A stretch of 63,533 nucleotides of DNA from a virus (taxonomy: Duplodnaviria; Caudoviricetes), in IMG/VR virus record IMGVR_UViG_3300010157_000065, positions 1 through 63,533 of that record; one strand, written 5' to 3'. The notes under the pieces are model-generated. The model was given only the letters and a program-made list of their open reading frames with translations. It searched no databases and was not told the origin of the DNA. The number at the start of each line of letters is the position of its first letter. Position 1 is the first letter of the stretch. A program made the position numbers and the translations under genes. Of this stretch, positions 57,138 through 63,533 are shown one piece after another.

Positions 57138-57656
57138 TTACCCTTTAAATAAAACTTTCTCTAATAATAACATCTCAAATTTACTATCTCTATTAGTACC
57201 TTCTACTACATTTAGTTTATCGCTGTACTCAGCAACAGCTTCTTTCTGTGTAGTTCTAAAGAATTGTAAGAAATCAAATACGCACAAATCTCCTATTTTA
57301 AATACCTTTATAGATGTATCTTCATAACCCTCGTATAAAGCAAACTCCATATCGTATGCTTTCTCTATAACATCTACCAAGTCTGTGAACTCTAACACTG
57401 GTTTTAAAATGTTTGAGAGGTCTGGAGTAATATTCCAATCTACTAAGTAATCCTCAATCTTTTTAGCGTGAGTTAATTCATCATCACTCTCTGCTTTAAA
57501 GAATGCTGCGGCTTTAAAAAATCCTTTGTTTTGACACCAATTAGTAGCGCTTCTATAAAAGTAGAATGCTTTAAATTCATCAGGTAATCTCTCAAGTAAT
57601 AAGTTTACTACTTCTTGACTTAACTTCTCTGGTTTCTCAATTTTACTATTATTCAT
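57138..57656 (-). CDS. ftn: Non-heme ferritin
   Basis: Four-helix pattern with ferroxidase ligands E..Y (DEFKAFYFY), ExxH (DELTH), E (YDME), Q (TQKE). Confidence 0.88.
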   Translation of the reverse strand: MNNSKIEKPEKLSQEVVNLLLERLPDEFKAFYFYRSATNWCQNKGFFKAAAFFKAESDDELTHAKKIEDYLVDWNITPDLSNILKPVLEFTDLVDVIEKAYDMEFALYEGYEDTSIKVFKIGDLCVFDFLQFFRTTQKEAVAEYSDKLNVVEGTNRDSKFEMLLLEKVLFKG

Positions 57657-57670
57657 ATATTTTTATTTTT

Positions 57671-60600
57671 TTATTCGCAAGGCTTAGTTAATTTACCGTC
57701 TTTCATTAATTTATCAACTACATCTTGAAAGTTACTGTCGTCTATAACTTTAGGCAAAGATACCACTTCTTTTTGTTTTGCTTCCTCTACCTTTACTTCT
57801 TCTGTAGGTTTAGCATTTCTTGTACTTCTTGATTTAGGTTCTGTCTTAACTTCTGTAGGTTTTCCTAACAAATCCTCTACTGCCTTTACAAATTCAGGAT
57901 TACTTCCGTCTGCTTTTGTGTCAAAATATATCTTTGCAACATCTTCAGTTAAAATATCAGCATTTGAACCTAATTTTTCATTAAATAAATCAATATTTTT
58001 ATTTATAAATGTATTATATTCTTTATCATTTACATCTTGTAATGATTTAGCTAAATTTGGCTCAAATACTTCTTTTACAGGTTTGGCAGCTTCTATCTCT
58101 CTTAATATAGGAGAGATTAATTTATCGTACTTATTATAGATTTCACCAAGTTTAACTTTATCATCAGGACTTACATCTTTGTATTCTTTCTGTTCTTCCT
58201 CTCTTAATCTTTTTACCTCAGCTTCTTTTTCAGGTATAGTAGTTTCTGTAGGTTTAGGAAGTACTTGTAACTCTATAGGCTGAGATATTTCATCTTGTGT
58301 GCCTTTAGGTTTATTTTCTGCCTCAACAGCTTTTTGCTTCTCATTGTTAATATTAGCTTCATGTAGTTTAACTGCTTCAACAACTATATCTCTATTGCTA
58401 AAGTTAAAGTTTTCCTCCCCTCTTTCTCTAGCCTCAGAAACTAATTTCTTTCCAGCCTCATCTTTAAGTTTGTTTTGTTCTCTTTCAGGGAGGCTATAAA
58501 AACCTTCTTTTCTAGGAGAATAGTTTTCTCTAACATTCTTTAAGTTCTTCTCGTTTTCTACATACTCTCTCTTTACTTTGTCTAATGAAACTCGTTTCTC
58601 TTCTTTAATTAAATTAGAGTTTTGAATGTCTGAAGCTTCTTGTCTTAGTTCTGAAGATTTTTTAGCTAATGAAACCACTTTGTTATAATCTCCCTCACTC
58701 ATATTTCCCATTCTATCCAAAACATCATCTATATGACCTTTGCTTTCTGAGGACACTCTATCAAGTTGTTTTTTAATTAAGGCTTTTTCTTCAGGTATCA
58801 ATGACTCATCATTCATTCTCTCAGTCATGTATGAAATTAACTTTGCATTTTCATCTATGGTTTTAGCCTCTTCATTTGTCATCCAAGGCTTAGCTGTTTG
58901 TCCTAATGCGTGTGCAAATCCTTTATTCATTACCGTAAGAAAAGCAGCATCAGCTAATGGTCTTATATCTGTAGCTACTTTAAACCAATCAACATCTTTA
59001 CCCATTGCGTTATCAAGAGTTGCTTGAGACAAAGCCATTACCTTTAAATCACCAGCAAATTCTAGTGTATGTTTTAAATAGTCTCCTCCGTTTTTAGCTA
59101 AGAAAGCTCCAACACTTTTCTTTTGAGAGTTTAATAAAATATCAGGAGATTCTTTTTCTAAAGCAGCAATCATCCTAGCTTCATTCTTAAAAATCTTTAA
59201 TTGTTTTGCAGCAGGAAGATACATAGCAGCACCCCATAATAAAGGCACAGCAGCATCAGCTAATTCAGAATGAAACTCTTTATCTTTATAATCACTTACA
59301 TTATATTGTTTCCCATCAAACTCAAAAGACTTTTCTTTATTTTTTATAGCCTCTTGTTTTAATTGATTGAATGATTCATCCTCATGTCTCATCTCTTTTG
59401 ATTTACCTCCAGCAGATTCTAAGGCTGTTAATCCTACAGCAATTTCTCCTCCTGAAACAATAGCAGCCACCATCCCAAGATTATCTCCTGTCATAGTAGT
59501 TATTTGGTTAGTCCATTCATTTACGTTTTTTAAAGATAAATCAGATGTTAAATCTCCTACTTTAGTTCTCCCTCCTAATCTAACTCCTGGAGTAACTTCA
59601 ACTCCCTCTTTTACATCCTCTGCTTTTTTACTTAATACCTCACTGACTTTTCTCGCCCCTTCTTGAAATGGTATTGCTTGAAGTGGAGCAGGACCATTAG
59701 CTATTACATACGGAGCATACTTCCCTACAATTTCAGATATGTTTCCAACAGCTCCATAAAACCATCCTTTTACGCCTTGAGCTATATCTTTAAATTCATT
59801 GTTTTGAGAAGAAACCGCTTCTGCCTCTTGCTTAAAAGTACCTAAGTTTTTATTATTACTATTTAGCGTACCTTGATAGTTTTTCATCAAACCTAAGTTT
59901 ACATTTATGCTGTGTAAAATATCTTCGTGTTGATCAATAATTTCTTGTGGTATCTGACCTCCTTTGGATGTAATCTCTTTCATTTGAGATTCTATACTTG
60001 CTTTATCAGATATTAAACCTTTATTAACCGCTGCTGTTTCGTGAAAGTTTTCAGCAACTTTTTTATTCTCTTTAGATAGGTTAGCGTATTGATCTGCTTT
60101 ATGTTTACCAAATGCGTATTGCTCTCCTGTTGAAAGATTTTCTTTAGCTAAATTAAGTTTACTTTGGTATATATCATGAGTTTTTTTCTCTATAAATTTT
60201 TGTTTAACTCTATATTCTATTTGACCAGGAAGAAGAACCTCTTTATGTTTTAAAGCATCAGCCTTAACTTCTTTCCTTAAATCTTCTAATACATTTGGAA
60301 CTTTTAAATCGCCAGTCTCATCTACAAGACCTAGTTTATTCATACCAGACATTGCAGCATTCATAACATCAGTTACCCCTTGTTTAATACCATTCCAAGT
60401 TCCTTTTTCAGGGTGCAAAGCGTCTTGATAATCTTTCTCAATATCTTTTAAATCATTTGCATTTACAGAAGCTCCCTTCATTTTTGTGATGGCAGATTCA
60501 TAATTCTTCTTTACAAAATTATCAAATTGTGGTTTTAATTCAGGAGTCTTTTTAACTGTGGTTGAGAAATCTTTATACCCTTTTACAGGAGCTACAAAAG

Positions 60601-61063
60601 AAAGTGCATTAGTTAAAGCAGAAGGTAAAGTAGTGGGTTGAGTTGATGTTTCCTCTCCCTTATTAAAAGAAGATAATTCATCAACAGACATATTATCAAA
60701 GTTTACAGGCTTAACTCCTCCAGATAAAGATGCCGAAACCGATGGCTTCTTTGGACCTCCTCCATCCAATAAAGATTTTCTTACTGGTGGTTGTATAGAA
60801 GAAACCTTTTGAGGAGTTTCCCCAACTGGTTGAGAATCGTCTTTTTTTTTTACTTCAAAAAACTCAGGGAACTTAGAATTTATAACTTTATAATCCCCTC
60901 CATATTTTTTATTATTAGCAGTTGCAACATATTCTTGCAACACTCCTTCATCATAATTTTTTAATTCAGGAAATTTAGAATTTATAATAGAATAATCTCC
61001 TTTATATTTAGGGTTATTTGCAGTTGCTACATACTCTTGTAATACTCCTTCTATTTCTTCCAT
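57671..61063 (-). CDS. Large internal virion / ejection protein, 1130 aa
   Basis: N-terminal tandem repeat, Gly/Ala hydrophobic mid-segments, charged C-terminus. Confidence 0.6.
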   Translation of the reverse strand: MEEIEGVLQEYVATANNPKYKGDYSIINSKFPELKNYDEGVLQEYVATANNKKYGGDYKVINSKFPEFFEVKKKDDSQPVGETPQKVSSIQPPVRKSLLDGGGPKKPSVSASLSGGVKPVNFDNMSVDELSSFNKGEETSTQPTTLPSALTNALSFVAPVKGYKDFSTTVKKTPELKPQFDNFVKKNYESAITKMKGASVNANDLKDIEKDYQDALHPEKGTWNGIKQGVTDVMNAAMSGMNKLGLVDETGDLKVPNVLEDLRKEVKADALKHKEVLLPGQIEYRVKQKFIEKKTHDIYQSKLNLAKENLSTGEQYAFGKHKADQYANLSKENKKVAENFHETAAVNKGLISDKASIESQMKEITSKGGQIPQEIIDQHEDILHSINVNLGLMKNYQGTLNSNNKNLGTFKQEAEAVSSQNNEFKDIAQGVKGWFYGAVGNISEIVGKYAPYVIANGPAPLQAIPFQEGARKVSEVLSKKAEDVKEGVEVTPGVRLGGRTKVGDLTSDLSLKNVNEWTNQITTMTGDNLGMVAAIVSGGEIAVGLTALESAGGKSKEMRHEDESFNQLKQEAIKNKEKSFEFDGKQYNVSDYKDKEFHSELADAAVPLLWGAAMYLPAAKQLKIFKNEARMIAALEKESPDILLNSQKKSVGAFLAKNGGDYLKHTLEFAGDLKVMALSQATLDNAMGKDVDWFKVATDIRPLADAAFLTVMNKGFAHALGQTAKPWMTNEEAKTIDENAKLISYMTERMNDESLIPEEKALIKKQLDRVSSESKGHIDDVLDRMGNMSEGDYNKVVSLAKKSSELRQEASDIQNSNLIKEEKRVSLDKVKREYVENEKNLKNVRENYSPRKEGFYSLPEREQNKLKDEAGKKLVSEARERGEENFNFSNRDIVVEAVKLHEANINNEKQKAVEAENKPKGTQDEISQPIELQVLPKPTETTIPEKEAEVKRLREEEQKEYKDVSPDDKVKLGEIYNKYDKLISPILREIEAAKPVKEVFEPNLAKSLQDVNDKEYNTFINKNIDLFNEKLGSNADILTEDVAKIYFDTKADGSNPEFVKAVEDLLGKPTEVKTEPKSRSTRNAKPTEEVKVEEAKQKEVVSLPKVIDDSNFQDVVDKLMKDGKLTKPCE

Positions 61064-62664
61064 TATCTACTTTTTACTTGATTTGTTGTTGGTGTAGTTT
61101 TTTTAGGAGCTCTCCATTTCTTATCTACAACTATATTTAATACTTGAGAATAATCTTTAACACTAGAATTTCCTTGTAACATAGAGTTTACAGTTACTTC
61201 TGGAGCTGTATAGTAAGCCTCTTTTGTTTCTTTTCCTTTTGTGTAAGAAGCTAATTCAGCCTCATTATCTTCAGGAGATTTGCTTTGATTGTATCCTGAC
61301 CATCCATTATTTTTAGCTACTTTGTATAACTCAGTTTTAGACACAGGCTCAGCAACTCTTATTAATGCGCTTCCGCCTTTACCTTTAGTTACTCCTGTCA
61401 ATGTACTTCCTGCTGGGAGTTGAATTGATTTTCCACTATCTGAAATTACGCTGTATCCGCTATTTGTTGTAGGAGAAGCGTCAGGAATAGTTACAAAACC
61501 TTTACGAACTACATCAGGAGATACTCTTTTTGATATGGTAACAGGAACTAATGATAATCTATATTTCTTTAAATCCTCTTCTTTCTGAGCTCTTACTTCA
61601 GCTAAATTAACATCTTCAGTATGTTTTTTCCCAAATTTACCAAATATAATATTTTCATATTCGCCTCTAACAATATCATTGTCTTTATCTGTATATTCTT
61701 TCTCTAACATAGGATGAGAATATCTTTCTAAATTAGCTTTATCTTCTTCACTTAAATTCTTGTCATTTTTATGAGCTTGATAATAATTATATAAAACATT
61801 TATTCTCTTATCTCTATTTCCTACTAATGAATCAATACTAGAATCTATAGCTTTTTTTACTCTTTCGTCTTCATAATATAAATTAGAAGCTTTTTTATAT
61901 CCATTGTCAGTACCTACTTCATTTCCAACTATTGCAGCTTGAATTTTTTTAGCATCTTCATTAGGGTCGTATGAATCCATTATATCGTAAGCCTTTGCAT
62001 TTTGCATTTCACTTTGAGATATAGAATCTGCTTGAGTTCCATCTCTATTATAAAATTTTTTATAAACCTTTTGTCCATTTTTATCAAGCACAAATTTTCT
62101 GTCTACTTCTCCAGTTGTAGGATTATTAGATACTTCTATTTCAGGGAATTTAAAAACATAAGAGCCATTTGAATATATAGGTTCAGCATCTTCTTGATTA
62201 TCAAATCCATGACCTAACAAATCTAACTTGCTTTGCATTACACCGCTTTTCTTACCTACATTTTCTAATAATAATTTAGCATTTGCACCTACTTGTTTAT
62301 TTGTTTCAGTAAGTGTTTTTATTAAATCTGGAACTCTATAATATTCAGCTTGCTCTTCTGGAGTCAAGAAATTTACTCCGCCTTTTTCAGTAGCTTTATT
62401 ATACAATTCATTTTTTCTTTGTATAGCAGTTTGAGCTAATTTGCTAATAGCTAAATCATATACTTTAATACCAGATGGTATTACTTCACCATTAGCAGTA
62501 TACTCTATAGGTTTAACTTTCTCAGCTTTTAATTGAGCTAATTTTAAATCCTTCTTTCTTTCTAAATCTGCCTGTTGAAACTTCTGTGCATTTAAAGCTA
62601 TATCCCCAAAATCTACATTTGGTGCTTGTACTGTTGCGTATGCATTTACTTTACCTATCGCCAT
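61063..62664 (-). CDS. Internal virion / ejection protein, 533 aa
   Basis: Synteny between small and large ejection proteins. Confidence 0.55.
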   Translation of the reverse strand: MAIGKVNAYATVQAPNVDFGDIALNAQKFQQADLERKKDLKLAQLKAEKVKPIEYTANGEVIPSGIKVYDLAISKLAQTAIQRKNELYNKATEKGGVNFLTPEEQAEYYRVPDLIKTLTETNKQVGANAKLLLENVGKKSGVMQSKLDLLGHGFDNQEDAEPIYSNGSYVFKFPEIEVSNNPTTGEVDRKFVLDKNGQKVYKKFYNRDGTQADSISQSEMQNAKAYDIMDSYDPNEDAKKIQAAIVGNEVGTDNGYKKASNLYYEDERVKKAIDSSIDSLVGNRDKRINVLYNYYQAHKNDKNLSEEDKANLERYSHPMLEKEYTDKDNDIVRGEYENIIFGKFGKKHTEDVNLAEVRAQKEEDLKKYRLSLVPVTISKRVSPDVVRKGFVTIPDASPTTNSGYSVISDSGKSIQLPAGSTLTGVTKGKGGSALIRVAEPVSKTELYKVAKNNGWSGYNQSKSPEDNEAELASYTKGKETKEAYYTAPEVTVNSMLQGNSSVKDYSQVLNIVVDKKWRAPKKTTPTTNQVKSR

Positions 62665-62703
62665 TTGTTATTTAGTTTTTGTATCTTCTCCTTTTGTATC
62701 TTC

Positions 62704-63228
62704 TCATTTTTTACCTGCTGCATAAATTTGAGCTGCACTAGCAAATCCCTGAACAGCTCCATGAAGACCTTGCATCTGTTGTGCGTTTCCAGCACTAATT
62801 TGAGAAGACAAAGCAGCTACATTACCCATATATCTTTGCTCTTTCATAGCTTGCATTCTAGCTTCATCTCCTGCTTGAGCCATTGCTATATCATTCTCTT
62901 GCTTATCGTAATCAGCTTTAATCTGTAAGTCAGTTTGTTTAGCTTGAGCATTAGCTTCTCCTAACCCTCCAATAATTCCTCTAACACCACCGCTTCTTAA
63001 AGCATCTACATTAGTTGCAAACCTTTTTTGGTTTTGTTCTGATAATAATTCATTTCCTAGTTTACTAACTTGCATACCTGCATATACATTCTGTAATTCT
63101 GGGATAGGTAAATCATTTAAAGCGTTTTGAGCATCTCTAGCTTGTTTCGCTCCTGTTATTGCTTGAAAAGCCCCTCCTAATGCAGAGATACCTCCTATTC
63201 CAAGGGCTACTGATGTTGCTGCTGCCAT
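62704..63228 (-). CDS. Small ejection protein (T7 gp14 / P22 gp7-like)
   Basis: Gly/Ala hydrophobic N-terminus, Gln/Ala coiled coil. Confidence 0.65.
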   Translation of the reverse strand: MAAATSVALGIGGISALGGAFQAITGAKQARDAQNALNDLPIPELQNVYAGMQVSKLGNELLSEQNQKRFATNVDALRSGGVRGIIGGLGEANAQAKQTDLQIKADYDKQENDIAMAQAGDEARMQAMKEQRYMGNVAALSSQISAGNAQQMQGLHGAVQGFASAAQIYAAGKK

Positions 63229-63232
63229 ATTT

Positions 63233-63503
63233 TTATAATAATTTTATATATTCGTTACAATTCTTACTCCCTAAAACAAATCCCTCTTCTAAATATTTGT
63301 TCTGTAAATTCTCATTCTTTAAAGATGTGTATGCAACCTCATATCCCATCTCTTTTGCTATATAACACAACTGATTTATACACTCTGAAATATCATTCTT
63401 CCTAACCTCTTTATCTTTCTCTTCAGGATTGCTAACTATAAATTCTATCCAACACATATTACTATTAGTTAAGTAGACAAAGCCAGCGCAAGTGTTGTTC
63501 ACA
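63233..63503 (-). CDS. C-terminal part of junction-spanning GNAT-like virion-operon protein
   Basis: ...VNNTCAGFVYLTNSNMCWIEFIVSNP...EEGFVLG pattern is GNAT-like; lies upstream of ejection proteins. Confidence 0.7.
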
Positions 63504-63533
63504 ATCACACAAGTCTTAGGTAGGTTTTTTAAT
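63504..63533. repeat. Terminal direct repeat, right copy
   Basis: atcacacAagtcttaggtaggttttttaat; one mismatch to 1-30. Confidence 0.95.

Noticed and set aside
53143-59845. Multiple plus-strand ORFs opposite the ejection genes (also 836, 3092, 4434, 12697, 26786 and others)
   Set aside because: Antisense shadows of long real genes; Leu/Ser/Phe-rich, with no promoters or start context
53118-61063. crAss-like virion RNA polymerase in the large proteins
   Set aside because: No DxDxD catalytic motif recognised; proteins are shorter and look like helical ejection proteins

Overview
The window is an apparently complete, circularly assembled ~63.5 kb AT-rich tailed-phage genome. Positions 1-30 repeat at 63504-63533 with one mismatch, and one ORF reads across the join. 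About 17 TAnnTTTG promoters and A-rich, Shine-Dalgarno-less start contexts point to a Bacteroidota (probably Flavobacteriia) host. The P22/T7-like portal, tail-stabilizer and ejection-protein set suggests a podovirus. The minus-strand arm (53.1-63.5 kb, continuing into 0.1-29.7 kb) encodes ejection proteins with an inserted ferritin, tail, capsid, scaffold, portal, terminase, tail fibres, lysis genes, small basic proteins and a GroEL/GroES pair. The plus-strand arm (30.5-53.0 kb) encodes early host-takeover ORFs, ERF/YqaJ/SSB recombination genes, an iteron-containing initiator, a PAPS-reductase-like enzyme, a primase-helicase, four free-standing endonucleases and nucleotide enzymes. I recognised no DNA polymerase, RNA polymerase, integrase, reverse transcriptase, CRISPR array or canonical tRNA. 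The strongest candidates for undescribed biology are RNA elements: (1) a ~330-nt multi-helix RNA bracketed by two anticodon-less tRNA mimics behind the first early gene; (2) two sequence-unrelated but architecturally identical kissing-loop leader/attenuators ahead of GIY-YIG-headed operons; (3) a pseudoknot at the 5' end of the ssb mRNA. All protein calls come from motif recognition and synteny by eye; no database search was run.
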